A stretch of DNA of 59,378 nt, counting the filler, from Porpidia crustulata (taxonomy: Eukaryota): assembly GCA_964255105.1 (NCBI GenBank). It is 6 parts of 6 records of this genome, joined end to end, with 100 filler letters (N's around TTAATTAATTAA, not from the genome) between each part and the next. Parts side by side here need not be neighbours in the genome. Positions count along the whole stretch, not along the records: positions 39,673 to 49,476 come from CAXUWE010000883.1; positions 49,577 to 59,378 come from CAXUWE010000884.1; 4 more parts are not named here. One strand, 5' to 3'. This document shows positions 47,379-59,378 of this stretch, piece after piece; positions within the stretch are counted from its first letter, which is position 1, and the number at the start of each line of letters is the position of its first letter. The notes below the pieces were generated by a model, which made no database searches, was not told the origin of the DNA, and was given only the letters and a program-made list of their open reading frames with translations. The position numbers and the translations under genes were made by a program.

Positions 47379-48995
47379 ATGGTCAACGCATCTATAGGTC
47401 TACAATTTCTTTTACAGCAGGTAACGAGGGCCCTGTCTCCTTATATCAAAACACAGTAGGAAGCTTTACGTATAAGACGCGTTCTGTCTATCTATATTGC
47501 CTCAAACATAGAGGGAATCTCTGAGGGGCAGCTTTCGTTTACTTCTTTGGCTGTACGTAACAGAAATATACAAATCAAGGAAGTTCCTTCTGAGGTGTCA
47601 GGGCTTCGTAGAAGCTACCTCAAGACGTTACAAGCGTATGCCAAGATCCGGCAGGAATATGCTCATCTCACACGTGACGCTTTGCCAATCAATAGTGATG
47701 TAGTGCAACAGGAGCGCCTGGATGAGTGAGACTCTATGGACGATCAAAACGTATCGGACGCTCGTAATGGAGCAACGCAAGTTGAAGAAGCTTGGTATAA
47801 TTTAGGATCATCTGGAGTCACTATCAGAAAAGGAAACTGCTCGACCAGATTATTTTCATCTAGACAGTATGCTGAAAGGTGTTTACCTTTCCCCAGAGAT
47901 TTCTCGAATACCAGTGATCATCGCAAAGCCTTCACCAATCTCCAAGACGGACAGTAAAGCTTTGACTACACATTTGAAAATGGCTGTGCTCCGTGCCAGG
48001 AGTGCTCTCGATAACCAGAAGAGCTTACTTGCCAAGCCTAAACAAGATCAACAAAGCTGCGAGACATCCGGTGAGGAAACATCCGTCAGTACTGCAAAGA
48101 AGATTGATGCTCTTGGTCGCACACACGATGAACTTATTGGATGGATGGAGGAGCGCTTGACAGAAGGCAGTCAGTCTGACAAAGATGCCAGTCCGCAAGT
48201 GCACTCGAAAAGCCAAAGCGGATCCTTGACGATTGACGAACAAAAGCAAGAGATTTGAGACAAGTATGACAATTACTTAGAAGCTCGAAAAACTTTAGTG
48301 GCTCTCATGTCATCGAGAGACATGTCTGTTATACAGGAGGTGAAGTCAGAGAGAAAAGACGCTAAAGTCCCAGTACAAAAGGAAATACCAAATAAAGACT
48401 GGCATAAGGCAAGCTCAATTTTACCATATCTGACCGAGTATCTCATCCCAACGTACAAGCACAAAAGTCATTCCTCTGGCAAGAACTCCACCTATCAAAC
48501 ACTTTAGCATCACAGAACGTATCTGCCATTCAAGACTAGACAGACTTGAAGAAGAAATCCATCTACTGCCAGACTATCCGATCCCAGCCACGCGACCACG
48601 CTTCCAAAAACTAGTCTCGACGCTTGGGTCGAAGTCGTCATCGTCGAACCTCAAGGGGAATAAAAGGAGACGGCGGTGAACCGACATTGTCAGCAAAGCA
48701 CGGCAATGGGCTTTCGCTGCAGATACCGCTAGGATAGCAGAGCAGGAGGCTGTGAAGGAGCGGCTTGAGCATGGAAAGACGTAGCTCCGTGCCGCGGAAT
48801 GTCTCGTTGCGGAGCTGCAGGAAATTATTGGCGTCGGTGAAGAAAATAATGAAGAAGATGAAGGAGAGGACGATATATGGACTGAGGGCGTAGAGACGAA
48901 GTCTCAGTAGCAGCCCTTGAGGGGCATTCGTGTTGGGAATATGGGGTGGCCTAGAAGGCATCATTGGTACTAAGATTGAAAGATCAAGGAAATGA
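47379..48995 (+). pseudogene. Decayed gene for a helical/coiled-coil fungal protein, divergent from BRR2
   Basis: A continuous protein-like reading (LSPYIKTQ*EALRIRRVL, GLRRSYLK, LKMAVLRAR, THDELIGWMEE, YLEARK, LDRLEEEIHLLP, DDIW) is broken by stops at 47457 (TAG), 47727 (TGA), 47803 (TAG) and 48256 (TGA) and by several frameshifts. Confidence 0.75.
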
Positions 48996-49077
48996 CCACG
49001 AGTTTTACCCAGGACCTTGGATAATAGCTTCTCCTTTTATCCATCGTTTCGTTCCGCGGCCAGATCTCCTTCATATC

Positions 49078-49476
49078 CTAATCATGATTGTCTTCCTCCA
49101 ACCCCGGACATCCTTCCATCTCCTCATCCGGATACTGAAATTTGCACCAAAAGCAGTACCTATGCCTTTCCCTTAAATAATCCAGCAGCTTCCTCAAACG
49201 CTCCACAGGATCCAAAGCATTGAATTCATCCAGCTCCGGGTCTTCTTCCTCCACGTCCTCCTCTTCGTCGCCCCAAGCCTGCCGATCCTGTTTATCTTCT
49301 TCTGGGTCATCGTACGTGGCGTTCTTCGACAAACTCTGGAGGAGATCGTACCGCATGCGGCGTTCCTTTTCCTTTTCTTCCCTTTGCCGTATCAAGCCTC
49401 TCCACAGCACGTTGACCCGCTTCAATGGTATTCTTCTGTCCCTGTGCTTCTCCTCTTCACTACGATCGCCCTCACC
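49078..49476 (-). CDS. 3' part of a GPATCH11/Cmg1-like protein (DUF4187 Zn-binding C-terminus); 5' end lost at the contig break
   Basis: RLRKLLDYLRERHRYCFWCKFQY...CPGLEEDNHD stop. Confidence 0.85.
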   Translation of the reverse strand, partial: GEGDRSEEEKHRDRRIPLKRVNVLWRGLIRQREEKEKERRMRYDLLQSLSKNATYDDPEEDKQDRQAWGDEEEDVEEEDPELDEFNALDPVERLRKLLDYLRERHRYCFWCKFQYPDEEMEGCPGLEEDNHD

Positions 49477-49576
49477 NNNNNNNNNNNNNNNNNNNNNNNN
49501 NNNNNNNNNNNNNNNNNNNNTTAATTAATTAANNNNNNNNNNNNNNNNNNNNNNNNNNNNNNNNNNNNNNNNNNNN
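49477..49576. other. Artificial contig linker
   Basis: N44-TTAATTAATTAA-N44. Confidence 0.99.
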
Positions 49577-50771
49577 CTCCACCCCCAACTCCATCTCCAT
49601 CTCCAAACCACCAGCACCACCATTAACAAACCCAAAAAAACCCAGCCTACCATATAACCCTTTCAAAAAGGTACTCTACCTATCTTAGTGAATGAGAACG
49701 AGATGAGAGGAATAATTATAGTAGCATTGTTGAGAAGATGTCAAGATGTCAAGATATCGGAGGAGGCGTGTGCCTGAGCTGCGCCTCAGCTGGTTTCGCT
49801 GGATGGATATATAAGTACTAGAATGAAGCACTATTTACCCGCCTGATTGGCTTTGCTTGAGCTCTCTACTCATACACATGTACACTATTACAATCATATT
49901 GAGGTGAAAATCTACAATACCTTATTTGTAGCAGCAGTTATTCACAACCACCTAGACACCCCCCCTTTTCCCCCCATTAAGCCTAAATCAAAGTACTAAA
50001 AAGGGATGGAATCGAACCTATTATGATCAGGTAAAGTATTCCGAAACAATAATCAGCCAATCCTCACACACGCATTCACATTATCTGCCAAACCCCCAAC
50101 ATACACACATCACACGATCCATTCACATCAAAGCCAAAAACTACACGGTTCACTATATGTCAGGGGAAAACCAAAAGCCGAGAGAGAATAAGTGTCATTT
50201 CGTATCAAAAGTGCACTTTTAGCTTACATGGGTGGGGTATCTTCTTCGCTTTCTAAGATCAAAGCACAACAAAAAAGCCACCGGTGAACACGCTTGGCCT
50301 GCACGAAAAAGGAATATTCGAAAAGGGGAAAGAGGAGGTGGGGGGTTGGAGAAGAAAAGCTCGTGGTGTAGCCTAGCCGGTCGTCAAGTTCTCATCTATC
50401 TGTCACGCCTGTCCGTCAAACTCCCTCGTTCTGTTCTTGGCTCTTTCTTGTTTTGTCGGGTGTAAGAGGCATCGGTGAAAGCAAATTGAGCCGGGGGCCG
50501 GGACAAGTATCCAGATCCGACGAAGATGGTCTAGCGTAAATGTCTCTAGGAACGAATGCAGCGTAAGGATTTTGAGACTCGGTTGGAAAGATGGTGTTAA
50601 TGAATGATGGTGTTGCTTCCGAAATTGAACAAGCCAATGTAGGGCTCGTTGCTGCCATGGAGCCGTTAGGTCGATGATGTGGTAACTCGAAAGAAATTGA
50701 AAGCCAGAGAGTGAGTTTGCGTGTATGCGTGATGCGACCTCGAGACCAAGTTCTTCCGTCGACAAAGACAT

Positions 50772-52996
50772 TCAATGATGTCGTAGATGCCCGCCTACGC
50801 CTCCATGCTGCAGACCAGATCTATAGCTGTTGTATTGGTGATAATCGTTGTCCAATTCATTGGCCGAGGTGTATGCTGTCGAAGTATCGTACAGTTTGTT
50901 GTCATAATCTGGAAGCAATGCTTGGGAATCTGGAACCTGCTCAGTAGCGGCGGTCGGTGCATAGGGATTGTGATACGGACCGATATCTGTATGGTGTCTC
51001 TCCTGCAGGTGAGCCTGTTGCTGTAGGTTGGATGGATGGATTGGGCGTCTCCGGCTATATGAATGGTCGATGCGATTTCGCATGTTGTACTCTGGCGCAA
51101 GTGGTTCGGGACGAGTATATATCACTTGGGATGTATCCACCATCCGGTTGTTCTCGTCGACCTGATACATTGATCGACTCGGTCGCTTTGCCTTCTTTGA
51201 CGTCCTATGACCGAGCGCATAAGACGGGTCGTTTTCGTCGTCAGAGCGCTTGCGCTTCGTTGAACCACGCCGAGAAGCTACGGCTTGGTGTATCGGAGGC
51301 TCTTCGTCGTCGAGGTCGTATTCTGCATCAACGTTGTCGTGCTCAACTCCAAGACTATCTTCGTCCTCATATTCTACTTCTTCTGGAGCGACCTTGATAT
51401 TACGACGACCTTTGCCAGCACCTTTCTCACCCAGTGCAAATCGACCTTTCTGAATAGCAACCTTTTTACCGAGATTGACTTTGCGGTTGTTCTTGATACG
51501 CTATAGTGAGGCAGGTTAGTTATTAAACTCCAGCTTCATTTGAATGGTGCCCGCTTTACTTACCGTTATAGCATTCAAGGGGTCGTCAACGAGTTGATCA
51601 ACATAGGGTGGTGCCATGATATGTTTACACATAGTCTTCTGTGTCTATAACAACAAGCTGTGAGCAAATGTTCATCAGAACTGGGCACATGCACTTACTC
51701 TGAGTCCGTCCACGAGGGCGTCGATACGCTTCTGGAACGATTCGTACTTAGTAGGCTTGGTACCTGCGACTAATGGCCCGATATGACTAGGGTTGTAAGC
51801 ACGCATGACAACTTCCTGAATCTTGTGATTAGCAGCCTGAATTCCGTAGCTTTAGATAGGGATTCACTGCTCACTATCAAAGCCCAGCAAGCTTGCTCAA
51901 CTTTGTTCTTATCCTGCCTCATCTTATTCCACGTAGAGATCATCCCGTCATTATCTTCGGCGTAACGCATCTCCATCATTGCTTCCTTGAGCGTGTTGAC
52001 GTAGAGCTGCTTAGAATACTCATCGTGCGGTACAGTCCTATCGTTCAGTACTAGAGTATTTGTGGCCCTATCTCGGTTCGCGTCGTTGAATGATGTATAC
52101 ACAAGGCCATCGGCCATGAATTCAGGGGATTCCTTTTTCAAGGTATCGAACCCAGGGTGTACTAATGACTGCGTTTGCGTATTAGGTATAAGGTCTTGCT
52201 GTGAGCGCAGGATGTTGTTTTGAGGTAGGGATTCATTGCTGAGATTTGGTAAACCAGAGTATGAAATAACACCAAACGAGCTTTGTGTTATGGCAGGATC
52301 AGGGTAGTGAGAACGGCCTATGTGTTGACCTAGTGCGATCTGGTGATCATTGCCGTAGCTGATTCTGCCTACATCACGATCGTAGCTTGGATCTTGAAGT
52401 CTATCATCAACATATCCTGGCCCACCTGTGCTTGGTATCAAAGAGTCCTCGCGTAGTCGCGATGCTGGGCGGGGCCGACGTATCGTATTAGCTGCTGGGG
52501 TGTTAAGCAGCGAGGAATTCAAGTCGTGGGCCTTGTCATATCGATTGACTGTGCCACCGTACAAGCGCGATGAAGACGAGCGAGGTCCTTGTTCGCTGTG
52601 GACTCGCTTTAGAGCTGGTGACTCTTCAAGATTGAAATGGGTGCGTTGGGGGGTTTCGGGGTTGCTGTGTGATAATACGATGTCAAGTCCATCATCTAAG
52701 TTCGAAGGTACCTGGGAGTCTATTGGCGACATATCTGGATTTGCGTTGCTTACACCTTCTCCTGAATGCCCCAGCTGATTTGATACCGACATATTGTTAG
52801 CTTCACGGTGCTCTTTCACGGCCTTGTTGAGAGCATTCATGGATGCTTCTTGGGCCTTTGTGTCGCTGACTGGTGCGTCCGGCATGTGTCGTAGTGATCC
52901 TTTCAAATCATCTAGTCCGAATAAAGTCTCAAGACCAGGCAGTGTTGGTAAATCTAAGTCGTTCGCCCAAATATCTGCTTGCGAGTGTTCACTCAT
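50772..52996 (-). CDS. Uncharacterised fungal nuclear protein, four exons
   Basis: Exon 1 runs to VEQACWALI; spliced exons give ETVMRAY...FQKRIDALVDGLR|THKTMCKHIM...VDDP|RIKNNRKVNLGKK, continuing in frame through TKRKRS (NLS-like) into ORF 50772-51170. Confidence 0.75.
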
Positions 52997-55900
52997 TGGC
53001 GTTTTTGAAATATCAAGTATTGTTGAGTGAGATTATATCTACATTGTTATGCGGATTAGTTTTGTCCATAGAACAATGGCCTTTTTCTCTGAAATGAACA
53101 ATAACAAGGTACAAGGATAGACACAGGGTATTTACCAAGTATCAGTGAACTTGCTAGCTCTAGGCATGTGTTGAATTTAAGGATTGGCAATTTGTCTCCC
53201 AATTCCTTAGCTGGCAGCCAAAAAGATCTTCTCAGTATCTCCAATCCAATTGCAATGCGCTCGTTTTGGAACAGTCGTATGAGATGGGCGGAACAGCTGC
53301 AATACGAGACAGCTATCGAAGGTATATCAAGGGAAAATTTCCTAGACCCAAGTACTGGGGGATTCGAGAAATTTGAAGATTTGGTGGTCGAGAAGCTGTA
53401 TCTTAGATCGTGAGGGTATGTAAAGTAAGTATAGCAGGTGATGTATCGAAGGGTAAAGCAAGCAGACGCTGTCAGTGCCAGATGCGGAAGTTTTGGTCTG
53501 TAGGCTATTGTAAGCTCTGCCCTATGCTAGCAGCTATAGAGATATCCTGTTGATTCTCAGGCTCGTATTGTCGGACAATGCCCCACTTTAGACTCTGGTG
53601 AGCTTGAGAAGCTCAAACAATTCCACAGCATGTGTCTGTATAGCTGGCTGCTGGGCGCAGCGACAGTGCCGCAATTCAGGGGTAATAGCGACGAACGATG
53701 GGGAACAGTATAAGCGAGAGAACAACACTCACAAGATTTTCCTAGATGGTCTTGGTAGATCGAGCTTCCCTACTAACAGCAATATGTTGTAGGCTCTATC
53801 GCGCTGGTCAGTACACTTCTTCATGCAACGATTCCGCTTCCCTTCTACTAAGCAGAAGCGAGGCTCAAGGAACAGTGCGGAGAAGACAAGAAGCAGCAGG
53901 TTTGTTCTTGTGCCTCCTCCTGCAAAGACATGCACTTGCTGATGAACCAATGGCAGCAGAAACCGCAAGGCTCGCGGGCGATAGCCGTAGCCATGATGAT
54001 CGCAGGTACCTGAAGGTACCACTGCTGGCCCACTGCATTTCGCTGGCTTTGGGATAGGGCCATTGAGATTGTACAACTTACAGATATTTCCGCCAAGATC
54101 GATTACGTGAAGGCCATTGTCCTCTCTCACAAGCCGGATTCCTCGTCAGGCATTCAATGCGAAGGGAAGTCACCGCCAGTCAGCTCGGTACGCAAGAATG
54201 AATGGGTGCAGTGATGGGGATAAAGATAATTATAAGCAGAAGAAGCAATTGAAGAAGCTATGCAGGTATGTGGAAGGTAGATGCAGCTGAGAGAGATGAA
54301 GGGAAGCGGAACAGGGAAAGGTGACAGGCTGACAATAACGCAGATGAGTCCATTCATTCATCGCTTCCAGTGACTACGAATGGGGATTTCAGCAAAAGTG
54401 AATGGATTGGGGATGGGGCTCAACAATCATAATCGGCAACGTGAATATTACCAAGTTTGACCAATCGACAATGCCATCTATGCCTTATCAATGACGAACG
54501 TAGACTCAATGAATCTTTGATACCTTCCCGTGAAGAGATCTCGGAGTAATGACATGTATTCTCTTATACGTATGTCGATTTAGCCCTGGCTTGTGATATT
54601 CCGATATCCAATTTGGCTTGTAAGTAAGAGGGCGAATGCAAAGCCAGAACAATAAGCACTATTCACATCGTGTTAAATACATATAAGGATAAGATCAAAT
54701 CTTGAAAGAGCTTGTGAAGGCCTATAGGCAATGGAGAAAGATGATTCCGAGGATGATGGCATCGAGGCTTGAAGAAACATGAAATCATAGAAGTATGATC
54801 CATATGGAGGGACGCCTGCAGCTTAAACGCAGTGGAGCTACGTTCTTCTCACTGTCAGACACCATTTGCATTTGCGCTTTCTTTTTGAGTGAAAGGCAAG
54901 AAGCTTGGAGCTTTCCTGCAAGAGGGAGGGCATTTTCATCAGGAATTCTGCCCGAGATTCAGTAGACGCACTATAAACTCGAACAATAAGAATACAGAAG
55001 CCCAACCTGCGTACCGTATTTTGCTATAGAGACCCGCTTGTTTGACCAGGAAGCCACAGACGGGGATGATCGAAGTCAGCCTGACAGACTCGTGGTCGGG
55101 AAAGTGCTTCCCGTGTCCATGTTTTTCGAGGAAGGGACCATTGCCGCATCTTCCTTTCGTTCGAGCGATAAGACTCAAGCTTGAGAAGACTGAGCAGTAT
55201 GGCTAGAGGTAGCGACGCTTGGTCAACAGCTTACCAAGCGTCCAGCAGCAAGTCGACGACACTCAACCGAACACTTCTGTCGAGGAACACACAAGATCTT
55301 ACATTAGAGAAGACAATCTGAGCATGGTAAACATTCAAAGACATAGTAGATGCTGATGAGCTCGAGCAGCTCTGGGCTAAGATTCGCAGACATCGCAAAC
55401 CGCAGTCACTGCCACTAACACAGCATATTCCAGCTAGCGAGTCTAGCAGCCAAATACCGTGCCGAGCTCTAGGATAGCAAAAGACTCTCTCTTTGTATCC
55501 GAGCATATCGCCGGCTACGGTCGTTGTTGATCGACGGTGCCAAATAGAATGAGGTACTACTTGCGAGAAGTCCACAAAATTCCGGGGCCATCCTAAAGTC
55601 AGAACTTGCGAGGGATTGACACTTTCTTACACCTCGAACGACGCAGCTAGTCTTGATTTTCTCACGATGAGGTTATGGACGAGGTTTCTCGGACGGGACG
55701 AGCAGGAATTTTACAGGGGGTACCGGCTCCCAATCAGGGCAAATTAACTGACATTATTCTAGTCTTAGCACAAAATTTCGACAACGACATCCCAGACGAA
55801 GATTGCGAAGGACCAGTACAGATCAAGGCTTGAGTATGAGATCGACGCTTGGATGGCACGCATGAAATTTAGAGCGTTGACCTGTGGAAGCTCTTCCCTC

Positions 55901-56203
55901 AGTACTGTATGGCCGCTTAAAAAGCGCACTGGCTTGCTCCAACATAGGACGAAAAAAATGGGTACCAGCGAAATAGTACCCAGCGAAGTCCAGATACGTT
56001 CAAGCTTCAACACTCATCACCACAATGGCAGCAATCATTGGGAATGAAGTGGCATCACAGAGGAAATCCATTGTTCGTATCAAACAAGCATAACCACCCA
56101 AATTCAGTAGCCGAGTGTGCATATCTGATGATTGCCACTTTGGAAATGGCTACATTGTCGCAATCAAGCCCAATATTATCTAATAGCCATGAACAAAGAC
56201 ATC

Positions 56204-58573
56204 TCAGCCTAGCAAGCCGGATGCCACTGCCTCCAAGTCCTCCAGCGTCTCCGGCTCCTCTACAGCATTGGTAGCTCGCCTGTCTCTCTTAAACTTTGTC
56301 TCATCACCCGAGTCATCTTCGAACCACTTCTTTGGTCGCTTTTTCTCCGGCTCCTCTGTTTCTTCATCTGAGCCACCCTCGCCCTGTTCCATCTCCACTG
56401 CCGGTTCCTCGTAAGGCACCAGTACAGCTTGCCTCTCCCCACCACCCTCGCCGGCTTCGGCGGCCTCCCTCGCCTTTCGCTTCTCTCGTTTACCCTTCTT
56501 CTTCGCCTTGGCTGTTTGCTTATCAAGTAGGTCTGCAGCTTGCAATACTTCTTGCTCTTTTTCTAGGAAATCTGCTTTCTGTGCATCTGCGGGGCCCCGT
56601 TGCTTGAATTGGTTCTCGTCCTCGAGCTCATAGACTTGGTGAGGCTTTCCCTCGTCATCGAAGACAAGTTTCGTTCCTTTTCCTTTCAGTTTCAGTAGCT
56701 TTTTCTTGGATTTTAACAGTTTTTCCTTTCGCTTTGAGTCAATGGTAAGGGGTGGGTTCTCGAACTTAGCAGTTAGTCTTGCTTCAGCCATTGTATTACC
56801 CTCGCTTTCACTCTCGAGGCTTGGCGCATTGCTTAATCGCCGCTTTACGGTCAGGAAGTCATTCTGCTCGGCACCTTCTATAGTGTCTCCATTCTCATGC
56901 CCATCAATAAGCTTGGTATAATGGTCAGTAAGGACATCTTGATTGGTTCGCTCAAACATCCGATCGTATTTTGTACGAGGCCCCGTCTTTTTGATTTTCG
57001 ATTCCTCCTGTGCCGAATCCTCCTCATTGTCATCCTCTGAAGATGACATAGCGTGCCGCGGAGCATTCTTCAAGGTTTTGGCATTATCACCCTTAAGGAA
57101 CTTGATCTTTGGAGCGCCAGGAAGTCCTAGACTGGAAGCGTACTCCTCTAGTGGAAGTTCCTTCAGCTTGAATATCTCTTTATCTTTCTGCAAGTGTATA
57201 GACCGAACATAGGAGACAAAGGCCTTCTGCCCTAAATACTTCAATTCAGGATCCTTGAAGCACATGTTCTGTAGCTGGCTTTTGATGCTCTGCTGCTTCT
57301 TTTGGCGGACGTTGATCCTCTCTATCGGCACCTTTCTTTGTTCTAGGCGTTTCAACATGCCTTCCTCCTCCGAAGGTCCGAGGAAGAGGACCGCTCGCCC
57401 ATTACGTTCGTATCTTGCCGTTCTACCGACGCGATGTATGTATGTATCTGCGTCTTCAGGGCAATCTAATTGTACTACCCAATCTACGGCAGGAAAATCC
57501 AAGCCACGAGCGACGACATCAGTGGCAAATAAACATGCATTTTTGGTTGCCGAGAATCTCGTCGTGATGTCCAGACGGGAGGTCTGCTTCTGCCTGCCGT
57601 GTAGATGCAACAAGGGAATACCAGGCTGTTGGTGTCGGAAGCCCTCGTATACAAATCTCACCTGCTTGCCCGAGGATAGGAAAACGAGAATTTTGGACTT
57701 GAGGTTGGCTCTAAGAAAACTCCATAGTGTATCTAACTTATCAGGTAGTGGGGTGGTTATATAGTTCTGCTGCAATGTCGAAGGCGTAGCACTGCTCGCG
57801 GCCTCATGCACAGAAACATACTCCGGATCTCTTATGCTTAACCTGGCTAAGTCTGACACCTTCTTGGTCTGCGTAGCGCTGAATAGTAGAGTTTGCCTCT
57901 CCTTTGGTAGATGCTCCACAATCGCATCAACCGTGCTCTGAAACCCCATATCCATGATCCTATCCGCCTCATCCAGTACCAGCATTTGCAGATTGTCGAT
58001 CTCGAACGCCGCCGTCTGATCCATATGCTGCAGCATCCTTCCAGGAGTGCAGACAAGAATGTTCATCCGGCCTAGCCGTTCGCGCTCTTCTTGCAGACTT
58101 TTGCCTCCTATCACCAGACCAGCAGAGAAAGTATGGTAACGCCCAATCTTTCGAAGCACCTCAAAAATTTGTATTGCCAGTTCGCGAGTGGGCGAGAGAA
58201 TGAGCGCCCCAAGCCTATCTGACTCGGTCCATCCCTTACGATACAAATTATCCAGCACTGGTATCAGGAAGGCTAAAGTTTTTCCGCTGCCGGTTTTTGC
58301 CGCACCCAGGATGTCTGAACCTTTGAGCGCAAATGGTATGGCTTTTTGCTGGATCTCTGTGAGGGTCTTGAAGTGAGAAGCTTCAAGTCCAGACGCTGTG
58401 GTCTGCGATAGGGGAAGGTCTGCAAAGGTATTGTATTCGCTTTCTGCTGAGTTGATGTCTTGAACTCGCTGATTCAGAGAATCTAGGTCTTCGTTTTCGC
58501 GCTTTCTCTTCAGCGGCCGGACCTGGCCATGGGCCTTTGAAGGCTTCTCGTTTGGGGCTGGCATTGGTCCCAT
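56204..58573 (-). CDS. DBP4: DEAD-box RNA helicase Dbp4 (DDX10)
   Basis: [40 protein letters not shown]; Dbp4-typical [13 protein letters not shown] and [15 protein letters not shown]. Confidence 0.97.
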   Translation of the reverse strand: MGPMPAPNEKPSKAHGQVRPLKRKRENEDLDSLNQRVQDINSAESEYNTFADLPLSQTTASGLEASHFKTLTEIQQKAIPFALKGSDILGAAKTGSGKTLAFLIPVLDNLYRKGWTESDRLGALILSPTRELAIQIFEVLRKIGRYHTFSAGLVIGGKSLQEERERLGRMNILVCTPGRMLQHMDQTAAFEIDNLQMLVLDEADRIMDMGFQSTVDAIVEHLPKERQTLLFSATQTKKVSDLARLSIRDPEYVSVHEAASSATPSTLQQNYITTPLPDKLDTLWSFLRANLKSKILVFLSSGKQVRFVYEGFRHQQPGIPLLHLHGRQKQTSRLDITTRFSATKNACLFATDVVARGLDFPAVDWVVQLDCPEDADTYIHRVGRTARYERNGRAVLFLGPSEEEGMLKRLEQRKVPIERINVRQKKQQSIKSQLQNMCFKDPELKYLGQKAFVSYVRSIHLQKDKEIFKLKELPLEEYASSLGLPGAPKIKFLKGDNAKTLKNAPRHAMSSSEDDNEEDSAQEESKIKKTGPRTKYDRMFERTNQDVLTDHYTKLIDGHENGDTIEGAEQNDFLTVKRRLSNAPSLESESEGNTMAEARLTAKFENPPLTIDSKRKEKLLKSKKKLLKLKGKGTKLVFDDEGKPHQVYELEDENQFKQRGPADAQKADFLEKEQEVLQAADLLDKQTAKAKKKGKREKRKAREAAEAGEGGGERQAVLVPYEEPAVEMEQGEGGSDEETEEPEKKRPKKWFEDDSGDETKFKRDRRATNAVEEPETLEDLEAVASGLLG

Positions 58574-58746
58574 CAATTTGGGCGCAGTAATGCAGCAGAA
58601 TGTCTTTCAATGGTGGGATATCTTTGAAAAATCGCGGAATAGGTCCGAATACGCTAGCCTTATCGATACGGTAGTATCTGATCAAAGACCAATGGCGCTG
58701 ATCATTTACACCCCAGTACACTCGTTAATCGCAAGGAGAGGACGGC
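58574..58746. promoter_or_regulatory. 173-bp bidirectional promoter with RRPE-like and PAC-like (CGATAAG) motifs
   Basis: Divergent starts at 58573 and 58747; TGAAAAAT at 58625-58632 and CCTTATCG at 58658-58665. Motif function is inferred only. Confidence 0.4.
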
Positions 58747-59378
58747 ATGACGATCAAAGAGGAAGAAGACAAAGATGATGTTAAAGATGAGCTTGCAGCG
58801 CTTGACGCTCTCGAGAAAGAGGCGTCAGAGTTCAACAAGGCGAGCACCTCTAAAGTCGATCCATCTGTCTGTCAATTGACCTCTTACTCAGGATGCCGAA
58901 ATCGACCGTATCCTCAAGTCTTTCAAATTAGATGCGTAAGAATCCATAGTCCCTGACTAATGCCCCCGCAAATCTAACCTTCCCTCCTCCAAACTGTTTT
59001 ACTAACATGCTTCCCACCTCAGCTACGCAATCCTCAACCTCCAACCCGGCGTCCCCGACTCCACAATAAAAGCCACCTACCGCTCCCTCTCCCTCCTCAT
59101 CCACCCGGATAAATCCTCCAATCCCTCCGCCCCCGACGCTTTCGACCGCCTCAAAAAAGCCCAAACCACCCTTCTGGACGAAAAATCCCGCATCCACCTC
59201 GACGAATGTATCGCCGACGCCCGCATGCTCTTACTCCGAGAACGAAAACTCACCATCGATAGTCCCGAAGTCAAAGACATGAACAAGGAAATGAAAGACG
59301 CGTGGCGGAAGAAGACGGTCGAGGTGCTCGTGGACGCGGAACATCGACGGAGGAAACAGATGCGGGCGCAGCTGCAGG
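58747..59378 (+). CDS. spf31: J-domain protein, DNAJC8/Spf31-like; 3' end truncated by the window
   Basis: ALEKEASEFNK|DAEIDRILKSFKLDA|YAILNLQPG...YRSLSLLIHPDK...AFDRLKKAQ..L.DE; first intron GC-AG at 58840-58891. Confidence 0.88.

Noticed and set aside
49995..50050. tRNA-like GGTTCGATTCC on the minus strand
   Set aside because: The T-stem does not pair, and no D-arm, anticodon arm or acceptor stem can be built.
54900..56050. Short ORFs with hydrophobic stretches and splice-like signals
   Set aside because: No consistent frame or recognisable motif could be assembled; possibly a relic but unsupported.
18167..59378. Functional clustering of two J-proteins and RNA-processing genes (URB1, BRR2, DBP4)
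   Set aside because: They lie on different, artificially joined contigs.

Overview
Eukaryotic DNA from a filamentous ascomycete (Pezizomycotina-type genes with short GT-AG introns and transition-riddled repeats). The window is not one locus. It is six contigs (9834, 9829, 9805, 9804, 9804 and 9802 bp, sorted by length) joined by artificial 100-bp N44-TTAATTAATTAA-N44 linkers, so gene order across linkers carries no information. Contig 1 (1-9834) is accessory-like: a foldback repeat, an orphan ORF eroded by TGA-only stops next to a MITE, trimethyllysine dioxygenase, a dead Tc1/mariner element, a small stand-alone SET-domain gene and a terminal hairpin. Contig 2 has more pieces of the same foldback family, an unknown 490-aa gene, a frameshifted HET gene, a CorA-like membrane protein and a DNAJC9-like gene. 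Contigs 3-6 are mostly housekeeping genes: Ebp1/AF4-like, GH85 ENGase, ERD2, a 4E-T-like eIF4E-binding protein, URB1, EF-hand NADH dehydrogenase, BRR2, GPATCH11-like, DBP4 and DNAJC8/Spf31-like. There is also a decayed pseudogene beside BRR2. The best lead is the ~20 kDa SET protein directly upstream of trimethyllysine dioxygenase, a candidate for the free-lysine methyltransferase that starts fungal carnitine synthesis. All family assignments come from motif recognition by eye; no database searches were run.
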